Below the pieces are notes generated by a model. That model was given only the letters and a program-made list of their open reading frames with translations, was not told where the DNA came from and ran no database searches. Shown in pieces: positions 27,158-36,155 of a stretch of 64,000 bases of DNA; the stretch's first letter is position 1, and every line of letters begins with the position of its first letter. Both the position numbers and the translations under genes were made by a program. This DNA is from a virus. Lineage: Duplodnaviria > Caudoviricetes. The stretch covers positions 1,143-65,142 of the IMG/VR virus record IMGVR_UViG_3300036945_000458; one strand, given 5' to 3'.

Positions 27158-27601
27158 ATGAAAACATTTTTATTACAATTACTAGCAGCCTTACTTTTAT
27201 TTTTTGCGCCAATTCAAGAGTTAGTTATGGTTGTAGGTTTAGCAATAATGCTGGACACATTCACAGGTATTTATAAATCAGTTAAATTACAGGGATGGAA
27301 GTCTATTCGTAGTAGAAAGTTGTCCAATATAATAAGCAAGATGGTTCTTTATGAGGTGTCAATCATCATCCTCTACCCAATCGATAAATTTTTATTGAAC
27401 GAACTGTTGCTGAACATTGTTTCAGTTCAATTCTTTTCTACAAAAGTAGCATGTGTTCTTCTTATTCTAGTAGAGCTTACATCAATTAAAGAGAATATAG
27501 AAGCTGCTCTTAAGATTAATATCTGGCAGATTTTAAAAAGAACAATAAACAGAGCAAAAGAAATCTCCCATGATGTAGATGACATAGCCAACCCTAAATA
27601 A
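27158..27601 (+). CDS. Holin (phage holin 4_1-like)
   Basis: Multiple TM helices; LDTFTGIYKS...IRSRKL...K...ELTSIKENI motif; start of the lysis cassette. Confidence 0.75.
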   Translation: MKTFLLQLLAALLLFFAPIQELVMVVGLAIMLDTFTGIYKSVKLQGWKSIRSRKLSNIISKMVLYEVSIIILYPIDKFLLNELLLNIVSVQFFSTKVACVLLILVELTSIKENIEAALKINIWQILKRTINRAKEISHDVDDIANPK

Positions 27602-27607
27602 TATATT

Positions 27608-27982
27608 ATGGATAGTCTAGAAGGATTTATTCCAAAATTTTTAAAAGGAGGATGGATTGTTACGTTAATTGGTGCTGCAGGAATGATAGCAAGATTGGCT
27701 GTATCTGAAGAAGAGAATGCCATGAATACAATAATCAAGAACATATCTGCTGCAATGATTGCATCTAGCATCTCTTGGTTCATATTAGAACAGTTCGAAA
27801 TTAATTCAATGATTAAAGCAGTGACATATGGACTTGTTGGATTAAACTCACCAGAACTATTAAAAGGTATAACAAAAATATCTGGTGCGTTCTCTGAAGA
27901 TCCTGCAAAGTTTATAACCAATGCTAAGAAAGGTAAAGTTACATCAACTAAAAAACCTGTAAGAAAAAAACCTACAAAGTAA
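27608..27982 (+). CDS. Holin/antiholin-like membrane protein with basic C-terminal tail
   Basis: About 3 hydrophobic helices (GWIVTLIGAAGMIARL, ISAAMIASSISWFIL, AVTYGLVGL); tail KKPVRKKPTK. Confidence 0.55.
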   Translation: MDSLEGFIPKFLKGGWIVTLIGAAGMIARLAVSEEENAMNTIIKNISAAMIASSISWFILEQFEINSMIKAVTYGLVGLNSPELLKGITKISGAFSEDPAKFITNAKKGKVTSTKKPVRKKPTK

Positions 27983-28683
27983 TGAATAAGAATACTTCAT
28001 TAATAGCACTAACTCTAATTATGTTATCAGTTGCAATCTATGGTAAATGGATTGAAGTGAAGATATCAGAAAACGCACGAGCTATAATAGAAGACAGATT
28101 AAAACCTCAACCATGGCTATCAAGAGCATTTGATTACTATGGTACACCAATAGAAGCAAACTTTGTAAATAAAGAATTTTCAGTTGACAAGTTAAAAGAA
28201 AATCTTGATTACATAAAAGATTGGCGTAAATCAAGAGACAGTGTGTGGTCAGCATACATTGCTACTGAAATGGTTCCTGAAGAACAGAAACTTATTGATA
28301 AAGTAAATGAGGATACAAAAGAAGTTGATGCTATCATAGAAGACATTATAGAAGATGTTGAGAACAATAGGAATTTAGAAGAAGTAGACTCTATAATTAA
28401 ATCAGGTGTTATAGAAAAGAAGATAACACCAATCATGGATAACATCAACTTGTTAATTGATTTGCAATCTTCAGAAGGTGAAAAGTTAGCAGATGATATG
28501 AAGGTTACAATGTATACATTTTCAAACTTCATGATAGGAGTGTTATCGTTATCTTTTATCTTATTAGGTACATTGATATATGATTATATAAAAACAAAAA
28601 GAGAAGCAGCTAAACCTGTAAGAAAACCAAGAAAACCAGCAACAAAGAAACCAGTTAAACGTACAACCACTAAAAAGAAATAG
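27982..28683 (+). CDS. Two-TM protein with chemoreceptor-like four-helix-bundle (4HB_MCP-like) periplasmic domain
   Basis: N-terminal TM; AIIEDRLKP and VWSAYIATEMVPEEQKL resemble 4HB_MCP signatures; LIDLQ then second TM FMIGVLSLSFILLGTLIY; short basic tail with no signalling domain. Confidence 0.6.
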   Translation: MNKNTSLIALTLIMLSVAIYGKWIEVKISENARAIIEDRLKPQPWLSRAFDYYGTPIEANFVNKEFSVDKLKENLDYIKDWRKSRDSVWSAYIATEMVPEEQKLIDKVNEDTKEVDAIIEDIIEDVENNRNLEEVDSIIKSGVIEKKITPIMDNINLLIDLQSSEGEKLADDMKVTMYTFSNFMIGVLSLSFILLGTLIYDYIKTKREAAKPVRKPRKPATKKPVKRTTTKKK

Positions 28684-28687
28684 GTAA

Positions 28688-28945
28688 ATGGGATTTTTTA
28701 GAGAATTAGTAAGTGATGACAATTCAATAGATGAGAAAGCATTTGTTGGGGTCATTTCATTTTTTGCAATGGTATTTACATTGTTAGTAGATGTAATTAC
28801 AGGCATCTTTGACAAGGAGTTAATCATCAAACAATTTATCTTTGATGGATTTATGACTCTTACAATGATCTGTTTTGGTATAGCCACAGCAGGTAAAGTA
28901 TTTAGTATGAACAAACAAAAGAAAGAACAAGATGCAACTGAGTAA
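28688..28945 (+). CDS. Small 2-TM holin-like protein
   Basis: Two hydrophobic helices, charged C-terminus; overlaps the endolysin start. Confidence 0.55.
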   Translation: MGFFRELVSDDNSIDEKAFVGVISFFAMVFTLLVDVITGIFDKELIIKQFIFDGFMTLTMICFGIATAGKVFSMNKQKKEQDATE

Positions 28946-29399
28946 ACACTTATCATTAGCTGAAGTTACAAGAAGTGATTCAGCAAAAAGAAAAGGAATT
29001 AGCAATATGCCAACTCCAGAACACATTGAAAACTTTAAGCTATTAGCTGAAAAAGTATTTGAACCTATTAGAGAACACTTCAAGGTTCCTATTCACATCT
29101 CGTCAGGGTACAGAAGCAAGGCTCTCAATACTGCTATTGGAGGGAGTTTGTCCTCACAGCATTGTTCTGGTGAAGCGATTGATATCGACATGGATGGTAG
29201 TGCAAGTGGTGTTACCAATAAGCAAGTTTTTGATTTCATTAAGCAACATCTAAACTTTGATCAAATGATTTGGGAATTTGGTACAGATTCTAACCCTGAC
29301 TGGGTTCACGTATCATACGAATCAACTGGTAAACAACGTAAGCAAGTTTTGAAAGCAATTAAGCAAGGTGGAAAAACAAGTTATGTACCATATAAGTAA
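28932..29399 (+). CDS. Endolysin, peptidase M15A family
   Basis: Motifs ISSGYRS, SQHCSGEAIDI, WVHVSY typical of Peptidase_M15_3 zinc peptidases. Confidence 0.9.
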   Translation: MQLSKHLSLAEVTRSDSAKRKGISNMPTPEHIENFKLLAEKVFEPIREHFKVPIHISSGYRSKALNTAIGGSLSSQHCSGEAIDIDMDGSASGVTNKQVFDFIKQHLNFDQMIWEFGTDSNPDWVHVSYESTGKQRKQVLKAIKQGGKTSYVPYK

Positions 29400-29718
29400 G
29401 TTCATAAAACAACAATGGTTAGGAACCATTCTAATTATATTATTCATTCTGTTTTTGGTTTATGGAATAGGACAGAATAGTGAATTAGAAAAAGAAAAGC
29501 AACGTCTTGAAAAAGAGATTGAAGTGCTTGAGCAAAAGGAAGAACTACACTGGAATAAACTAGATAGTTTAAAAGTTAGCGAAAACACTATAATCAAAAA
29601 GGAAAAAATATTAATACAAATACAACATGACACAATTAAGATTATTGATACTATGTCTGTTAGTGAGCTTCAAAAGTATTTCACAAACAGATACAATCAA
29701 AAAGATAGTATTAGATGA
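29383..29718 (+). CDS. Putative i-spanin (Rz-like)
   Basis: N-terminal TM (WLGTILIILFILFLVYGI) then coiled coil; follows endolysin and overlaps the next gene. ATG at 29383 preferred over GTG at 29368. Confidence 0.6.
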   Translation: MYHISKFIKQQWLGTILIILFILFLVYGIGQNSELEKEKQRLEKEIEVLEQKEELHWNKLDSLKVSENTIIKKEKILIQIQHDTIKIIDTMSVSELQKYFTNRYNQKDSIR

Positions 29719-30094
29719 GAGAGTTGGTAGAGAAGTTGTTAAAGACCTTGTAAGAGGAGATATTTGTAGACAACTTTTAAATCTTGCTCAAGAGAAGAAC
29801 GATGTTCTTAAAAAACAAAACGCTGAGCTATACTCAATCATTGCAATTAAAGATAGCATCATCTCTAAAAAAGATGAAATAATCACTATACAAGACAAAG
29901 CTATTGGCTGGTGGAAGAAACCTGAACTTCATGGATACTTAGGAGTTCAAAGTGCAAACGCTAGTATAGTTAATCCATATTTGTATGGAACATTACTACT
30001 TGAATTTCCTAAATTTAGTTTAGGAGCACAATACTTTGTACAACCAAACAATCCATCAGGGTATGGATTCATTGCAGAATATAACTTATTTTAA
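29627..30094 (+). CDS. Putative o-spanin-like outer-membrane protein
   Basis: Overlaps the i-spanin 3' end in another frame; signal peptide ending SIS-Q, coiled coil, C-terminal amphipathic beta-strands ending in Phe. Confidence 0.5.
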   Translation: MTQLRLLILCLLVSFKSISQTDTIKKIVLDERVGREVVKDLVRGDICRQLLNLAQEKNDVLKKQNAELYSIIAIKDSIISKKDEIITIQDKAIGWWKKPELHGYLGVQSANASIVNPYLYGTLLLEFPKFSLGAQYFVQPNNPSGYGFIAEYNLF

Positions 30095-30099
30095 AACCA

Positions 30100-30234
30100 A
30101 TGGCAAAAGTAACCAACACAGTAGAAAAGATTTCAAAACCTAAAGTGGCTAGACCAGGTGTGCATGCTAAGAGCAAAACATCAAAGTTGAAATCTAGCAA
30201 ACTATACAAGAAATTAAATAAAGGACAAGGATAA
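30100..30234 (+). CDS. Small basic protein (44 aa), not in ORF track
   Basis: MAKVTNTVEKISKPKVARPGVHAKSKTSKLKSSKLYKKLNKGQG*; TAATG-coupled to the next ORF. Confidence 0.6.
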   Translation: MAKVTNTVEKISKPKVARPGVHAKSKTSKLKSSKLYKKLNKGQG

Positions 30235-30380
30235 TGGATTGGCAATTAGAAATATCATTTCATTGGCCACACGATAGACTAGCAATAGGATGGGAAGTCC
30301 TATATCCTGATGAGAAATACGAGTATACCTCGTACGTTCTCTTTCTTGGTTTCATAACAATAACATTAGATATAAATTAA
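30234..30380 (+). CDS. Small hypothetical protein (48 aa), not in ORF track
   Basis: MDWQLEISFHWPHDRLAIGWEVLYPDEKYEYTSYVLFLGFITITLDIN*; fills the gap exactly with a TAATG overlap. Confidence 0.55.
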   Translation: MDWQLEISFHWPHDRLAIGWEVLYPDEKYEYTSYVLFLGFITITLDIN

Positions 30381-30388
30381 TATCTTTG
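30381..30388 (+). promoter_or_regulatory. Possible -7 promoter element TATCTTTG
   Basis: Matches TAnnTTTG 22 nt before the 30411 start; no clear -33 element. Confidence 0.4.
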
Positions 30389-30410
30389 ATAACTAATAAA
30401 TTATAAAGAA

Positions 30411-33400
30411 ATGGGAATACCAAATAGACAAATAGGTTGGGACCAACAGTCAAACTTATTATGGCAACTTCAAGCACAGCTTAATAAATTAGGCAAAACA
30501 ATGAGTCAATGCTGTGGATCTTCTACAGCTGCAGGTTGTATTAGTTTTACTGATATAACTTGGGAAGCATTCATCACTGCTGTTAATGCAGGGACTATTG
30601 CAGATTGTTACTACAACATTACAAACAGACCTAACTCAGGTACAGATCCTTTATACGTCCTTGTTGAAAAAGGACTTCCTAATTTTGATAATGAGGTGAG
30701 AAGATCAGAGCAAGCAACAAGTGCTTTGTGTATTACAACTGATCAAGGAGTGGGATGTTTCAATGTATATGCTGAAGAAGAAACTATTTCTTTTGATTAT
30801 GTAGAAAATGCTGTAGTCTATCCTATTGGATTAAAAGACTGTTCTATTTTTGCTGAAGGTGACACTGTTACATTTACAAGTTTTCAAGCTCCTTTTCCTA
30901 CATATACAGGAGTTATACATTACACTTATAATGATCCTAAAAAAGGATGTGAAACATTTTTTCAAATAACAGGAGGAACAGGTCCTATACCACCAAGTCC
31001 TCTTAACCCTGATGGGAATTTTAGTAATGGTGTAGACAATACAAATGGAGTATTATTTGCAGCTGAAGCAGATAAAAATTGTGATCCTTTCCCAACACTA
31101 TCTGTAGGAGATTCAATTACGTCAAATACAATTAATGGTCTTATACAAGCAACAATAACAAGTATATCAGGAACAACAGTTACAATAGCTCCTACATCAG
31201 GAGATTGGACTGGTGTCACTGTATTTTATATAGGGGATAATCAATTTTGTTTATTTGTAACAACAGCTCCTATTACAACAACTAGTATACTTCTTACACC
31301 AGATCCTGTATGTTTTGATTTTAATAATCTTCTTGGACAAGGAGTTTATTTGAATACATTAATGCAAGCTACAGATGGTTTGATTTATGGCACATTAGCA
31401 CAAGTTAATAATTCTAGAGGACAACTTGCTCAGGGTCAATTATTCTCTATGGATCCTGTTACAGAACAAGTGACAATATTGTTTAACTTTGATGATTATA
31501 ATACATATGGTGGTTATCCTAATGCAGGAGTTGTTGAAATAGCAGGAGAATTATATGGTACATGTAATGGTGGTGGTAGTGGTGTAAATCCTGGTGGAAC
31601 TATATGGAAATGGAATATAGCAACAAACACGCTCACTGTATTACATACTATAGATGCTAATAGTCAAGAAGGATTATATCCTTATGGAACATTACTATAT
31701 ACAGGAGGAAAACTATATGGAACTTGTGAGAATGGAGGATTTAATGATGCTGGAACATTATTTGAATTTGATCCTATAGCTAATACATATACAGTTTTAA
31801 ATTGGTTTGCTAATAATGGAGATGTTGCTAATCCACAAGGACCATTAGTAGAAGTTATTCCTGGAGAGCTATGGGGAACTTCTTATGGAGGTGGAACTAA
31901 TAATCTTGGTACAGTGTTTAAATATACACTTAGTACAGGAAGTGAAGAGGTAGTTGTAAATCTTGATGACATTTCTGTATCAGGAGAATACATAGGTGCT
32001 AGTGGAGGAGTGATGTTGGCCAGTGATGGTAATGTTTATTTCAATACAAATTATGGTGGGGATAATGATAATGGAACATTGTGTCAAATTACAGACATCT
32101 CTACATCTCCATCACTTAATGTTGTATATAGCTTTGATGTAGATTATGGATATGGAGATGCTGTATGTCCTGTAGAAATAGCTGGTAATTTGTATGGATG
32201 TACAAATGATACAAATGGACCAATATTTATTGGTGAGTGTAATCCTCCATTGGGAAGTATTTATAAATATGATCTTAGTGTGGGTATATTTACAACATTA
32301 TATACATTTAATGCTCAAATTGATGGTGGTTCTCCATATTTAGGACAACTTCTTCCACTTGGAGATGTATTGTATGGAATGACAAATCAAGCACCAAGTG
32401 GTAAAGGATGTCCTATAGGTCAATTTGGACAAATATTCAAGTACAATCTTACAACAGAAACATATACAAACATTCAAGCTTTAGGAGCTCCTGTTTCTAC
32501 TCCTGCTGAGGTGGCAGAATCTATTTGTGCTAGCATTGTAGATCCTGGATATACATGTACTACAGTGGGTGGATGTCTTTTTGTTTCAGGAACACAGTTT
32601 GGAAACGAAGCAGGTCAAACATTAGTGGTTAGAACTATTGTTACGTTTATAGGTAATTTAGATGGATGTACAGCACCTACTGTTGGACAGCTTTTATATA
32701 ATGATATTACAGGTGATTTAATAGGAACTGTTATTAGTTTTGTTGATGATGATCCATTTACAATGGAAGTGGAATTAAATGATAATGCTAATCCTGGATA
32801 TACTAGTTTACCATTCGATGGTTACATAGAAGGAGTTGGATGTGTATTTCCAGTGCTGAGAGTAAATGGAACAATCCTTGACTACACTGTTCAACCTTTT
32901 GAAGGAGGAAAAGAACCTGTTAACAGACCTTGTTATTACAATGCTACATACGATGTAATCACAGACTATCCTCTTTCACAACCACATACAAAAGCAGAAA
33001 TAGACTATCTTGTAAATAACAACTTGTTAGTGCCAGGTGCGTTCTATCACATCATGGATGTGGATAAGTTCTTGTATGGAGGAACACAGATTGTAATTCA
33101 AGCAAATAGTCATCATGCATTTAATGATACAGCAATGGGCTTGTTCTACAATCCTAAATATGATCAATCTGTAGCAGGATTTGGAATATATAATAGTGAT
33201 ATAGAGTATTCTATTGGAGACACTGCTATATGGGGAGGACTTGTTATAACATATGCTGCAGGTGGTTCTATAGGTAATGCATCTCCATATAATCGAGAAT
33301 ATGGCCAATGGACATTCCCTGGTAAATTCAAAGTGTTTGTAGATGATGCTTCAGTTTTCACTGCAGGTGAAATTGTTTATGATCCTAATAATCCTAATAA

Positions 33401-34298
33401 CTCAATGCTTATTACAGAAGTGGGAGCTGATTACATTATTGTATCATGTCCTCCATTATTCTTAGCATTTGCTACATTTATTGTTAATGGTGTTGATTCA
33501 GCTGGTATTACATCTATAGAACTACACGAATCATTCTACAGCGATCTTATTTACAATGCTGTATGGGATGAAATAACATATGATTATGCACATGATTTCA
33601 TTAGTTCTAGAAAAGACAATGCTGGAAATGTTGTAGAACAATCTTGGAATAATTATAAATTATGGAATAAAGGAATTCCTACATGGAGAGCCATTGCAGG
33701 ATTCCAATGGGGTAACGAATATGCATATAATGTAGATCTTGATGATACTGTTGGAATGTATGGGAATAAAATAACTGAAAGTTATGTAGAAGTTATTAAT
33801 TTTACATTAAGTCTTTTTACAAATAACATTTTTGAAAGTTCTAGATTTTTAAATAATATATTTGACAGAAATGGAGGTTCAATTTTCTATAACATTTTTC
33901 AAAATGAGTCATATGTAGAAAATGTTGAATTTATTAACACTCCTGGTTTTAATAGAAATGTTTTCAATAGTTCTAATTTAATAGATTCTACAATTGATGG
34001 TAGTAATTTTTCAGATAATACATTAAACAATAGTGGCATTGAACAAATTCCTTCTGGTGGGACAACAAGTTTTGCAAATAATGCTGTGAAAGGTTCACAG
34101 CTAGATTTATCAACACAAACAGGAAACATAGAACGTACAAACTTTGATTATGTCATCTTAAATGATGACATATCTGCTGCTTCAAGAATCTATCAAACTA
34201 CATATGCTAAAGAAGTGGTATCAAGCAATGGTGCAGGAAACTTTATTAAATATGTAAGTGCTACAGGTACATACATAGTTGCTGCTGTAACAGTATAA
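30411..34298 (+). CDS. Putative tail fibre/receptor-binding protein with GloVer (TIGR03803-like) beta-propeller repeats and C-terminal beta-helix-like region
   Basis: 1295 aa, acidic, Cys-rich. Repeats LYGTCENGGFNDAGTLFEF, LWGTSYGGGTNNLGTVFKY etc. (about 31340-32470); NxF repeats near the C-terminus; N-terminal RQIGW..QSNL motif. Confidence 0.65.
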   Translation: MGIPNRQIGWDQQSNLLWQLQAQLNKLGKTMSQCCGSSTAAGCISFTDITWEAFITAVNAGTIADCYYNITNRPNSGTDPLYVLVEKGLPNFDNEVRRSEQATSALCITTDQGVGCFNVYAEEETISFDYVENAVVYPIGLKDCSIFAEGDTVTFTSFQAPFPTYTGVIHYTYNDPKKGCETFFQITGGTGPIPPSPLNPDGNFSNGVDNTNGVLFAAEADKNCDPFPTLSVGDSITSNTINGLIQATITSISGTTVTIAPTSGDWTGVTVFYIGDNQFCLFVTTAPITTTSILLTPDPVCFDFNNLLGQGVYLNTLMQATDGLIYGTLAQVNNSRGQLAQGQLFSMDPVTEQVTILFNFDDYNTYGGYPNAGVVEIAGELYGTCNGGGSGVNPGGTIWKWNIATNTLTVLHTIDANSQEGLYPYGTLLYTGGKLYGTCENGGFNDAGTLFEFDPIANTYTVLNWFANNGDVANPQGPLVEVIPGELWGTSYGGGTNNLGTVFKYTLSTGSEEVVVNLDDISVSGEYIGASGGVMLASDGNVYFNTNYGGDNDNGTLCQITDISTSPSLNVVYSFDVDYGYGDAVCPVEIAGNLYGCTNDTNGPIFIGECNPPLGSIYKYDLSVGIFTTLYTFNAQIDGGSPYLGQLLPLGDVLYGMTNQAPSGKGCPIGQFGQIFKYNLTTETYTNIQALGAPVSTPAEVAESICASIVDPGYTCTTVGGCLFVSGTQFGNEAGQTLVVRTIVTFIGNLDGCTAPTVGQLLYNDITGDLIGTVISFVDDDPFTMEVELNDNANPGYTSLPFDGYIEGVGCVFPVLRVNGTILDYTVQPFEGGKEPVNRPCYYNATYDVITDYPLSQPHTKAEIDYLVNNNLLVPGAFYHIMDVDKFLYGGTQIVIQANSHHAFNDTAMGLFYNPKYDQSVAGFGIYNSDIEYSIGDTAIWGGLVITYAAGGSIGNASPYNREYGQWTFPGKFKVFVDDASVFTAGEIVYDPNNPNNSMLITEVGADYIIVSCPPLFLAFATFIVNGVDSAGITSIELHESFYSDLIYNAVWDEITYDYAHDFISSRKDNAGNVVEQSWNNYKLWNKGIPTWRAIAGFQWGNEYAYNVDLDDTVGMYGNKITESYVEVINFTLSLFTNNIFESSRFLNNIFDRNGGSIFYNIFQNESYVENVEFINTPGFNRNVFNSSNLIDSTIDGSNFSDNTLNNSGIEQIPSGGTTSFANNAVKGSQLDLSTQTGNIERTNFDYVILNDDISAASRIYQTTYAKEVVSSNGAGNFIKYVSATGTYIVAAVTV

Positions 34299-34316
34299 CA
34301 ATAAATATAAAACAAT

Positions 34317-34493
34317 ATGAAAAAGATTCAACGCACAACAGACAATAAATATCTTGTATCATTCTTTGAGGATGTATGGACAGATAACATTGAAGAAGCA
34401 AAAGTTTTTAATCGCTCTGGAGAATCTAGAGTTACAATTATGAAACTTTCAGCAAGACTTGGTCGTGATAAAATTAAAGAAATCGAACTATGA
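34317..34493 (+). CDS. Small hypothetical protein (58 aa), not in ORF track
   Basis: MKKIQRTTDNKYLVSFFEDVWTDNIEEAKVFNRSGESRVTIMKLSARLGRDKIKEIEL*; ATGA overlap with the LRR gene. Confidence 0.6.
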   Translation: MKKIQRTTDNKYLVSFFEDVWTDNIEEAKVFNRSGESRVTIMKLSARLGRDKIKEIEL

Positions 34494-36103
34494 TAAGTCG
34501 TGAAATAGGTTGGAGTAACCAAAACAATCTTACGTTTGGTATCATTCAACAAGTAAACAAAATACAGAAAGAGGTGTGTTGTAATTGTAATATTTCTACA
34601 ACTACAACCACCACCACTGTGTTTCGTAACTTTGATGTTACAGCAGATTGGAGTCTTTCTGTTCCTGCTGTTACAAGTCCTGCTACATTCAAGACATTCT
34701 TGGAAAGTGGACAAGATGGTGATGGGAATACTAATAGCTTAACAGGTGTTGTAATCACTGACTTCTTACTTGTAGGAAATAGATTGAGATGTAATGTTTC
34801 TTCTACTGGAGGATTTAATTTAGGATTTGCATTCATGGGTGTGACAGATGTTACATCATTTGGAAACCTACAAATGAACAATAGTTTAAATTTATATGGT
34901 AATAACATTTCATCTGTTGACAATACATCTTGGCCAATTGGTGTAACTAGTATTGATTTAGGTGATAATAGTATTACATCATTTGACAATGTTACATGGC
35001 CTAGTTCACTTGCTGGTTATTTAGGACTATATTCAAATGCTTTAACATCATTCAATCCTGTAACTCCTTTACCAAATACAATAACTGAACTAGATTTAAG
35101 TAACACTTTCATTACATCATTTGATGATGTTGTTTGGCCAAGTGATTTACAATATTTATACTTATATACCACTGCAATTACTTCTTTTGATCCATCTACA
35201 GCTCTTTCTAGTGGATTACAAACTTTAGATTTAGGTGGCAACGCATTAACAAACTTTGACCCTAGCATTGCTTTACCTAGTTCATTACAGTATTTGTATT
35301 TGTCTAGCACTAATTTAACATCATTTGATCCATCAATTGCTTTACCAAGTTCATTATTGGCTTTATATTTATATAATAATACTCTACTAACATCATTTGA
35401 TCCAAGTATAGCTCTTCCTAATTCATTACTAACTTTAGACTTAAGTGATAGTTCATTAACATCTTTCACTCCAAGTTTACCATTGCCTAGTTCATTACAA
35501 AATTTATATTTAGCAAATAACCAAATAGTTACATTTGATCCAGCATATGATTTACCTATTGGAGTAACACAGTTACAATTACAAAGCAATCAGATAGTAA
35601 ACTTCACTCCAAGTAATTCACTTGGAAGTGGATTGCAATATTTATATTTACAAAATAACCAAATAGTTAATTTTGATCCTGGCGTAGCATTACCAAGTTC
35701 ATTGATCCAAATATATTTAAACAGTAATCAAATAGTAAACTTCAATCCAAGTATTGCTTTACCAGTTACTGTATCAAATCTTGAAATTTATTTAGGTCAA
35801 AATCAAATAGTGAACTTTAATCCAACAATAGCATTACCAAGTGTATTGACAGGTTTATATTTAGATGGTAATCAGATAGTAACATTTAATCCTACTAATC
35901 CTTTACCAAATTCATTGATATATTTATCTCTGAATAACAATCAAATGACAACTGCTGGATACACAGGATCAGAACCATGGGCTAACGCTATGAGTGTAAT
36001 ACCTGGACGTGGTAATGTATATATTAGTGGTAATATAGATACTGTTTCAGCAACAAACTTGGAAACTATTTTAACAGCTAAAGGCTGGACTGTATATCCA
36101 TAA
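34490..36103 (+). CDS. Leucine-rich-repeat virion/surface protein with N-terminal IGW module and Thr7 linker
   Basis: Roughly 15 repeats of about 23-24 aa (LPSSLQYLYLSSTNLTSFDPSIA); N-terminus MISREIGWSNQNNL...VCCNCNISTTTTTTT. Confidence 0.85.
   Translation: MISREIGWSNQNNLTFGIIQQVNKIQKEVCCNCNISTTTTTTTVFRNFDVTADWSLSVPAVTSPATFKTFLESGQDGDGNTNSLTGVVITDFLLVGNRLRCNVSSTGGFNLGFAFMGVTDVTSFGNLQMNNSLNLYGNNISSVDNTSWPIGVTSIDLGDNSITSFDNVTWPSSLAGYLGLYSNALTSFNPVTPLPNTITELDLSNTFITSFDDVVWPSDLQYLYLYTTAITSFDPSTALSSGLQTLDLGGNALTNFDPSIALPSSLQYLYLSSTNLTSFDPSIALPSSLLALYLYNNTLLTSFDPSIALPNSLLTLDLSDSSLTSFTPSLPLPSSLQNLYLANNQIVTFDPAYDLPIGVTQLQLQSNQIVNFTPSNSLGSGLQYLYLQNNQIVNFDPGVALPSSLIQIYLNSNQIVNFNPSIALPVTVSNLEIYLGQNQIVNFNPTIALPSVLTGLYLDGNQIVTFNPTNPLPNSLIYLSLNNNQMTTAGYTGSEPWANAMSVIPGRGNVYISGNIDTVSATNLETILTAKGWTVYP
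34870..35950 (+). repeat. Degenerate tandem coding repeats (about 69-72 nt) of the LRR array
   Basis: Recurrent acatcatttga(t/c) and aa(c/t)ca(a/g)atagt units at LRR periodicity. Confidence 0.75.
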
Positions 36104-36155
36104 CACCAAAACATAATAAACACACAACAATAAATTATAATAAACCAACTACATT

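Noticed and set aside
34870-35950. Possible CRISPR array or DGR template/variable repeat
   Set aside because: Repeats are degenerate, in-frame LRR codons without unique spacers; no reverse transcriptase, cas gene or adenine-specific TR/VR pair is visible in the window.
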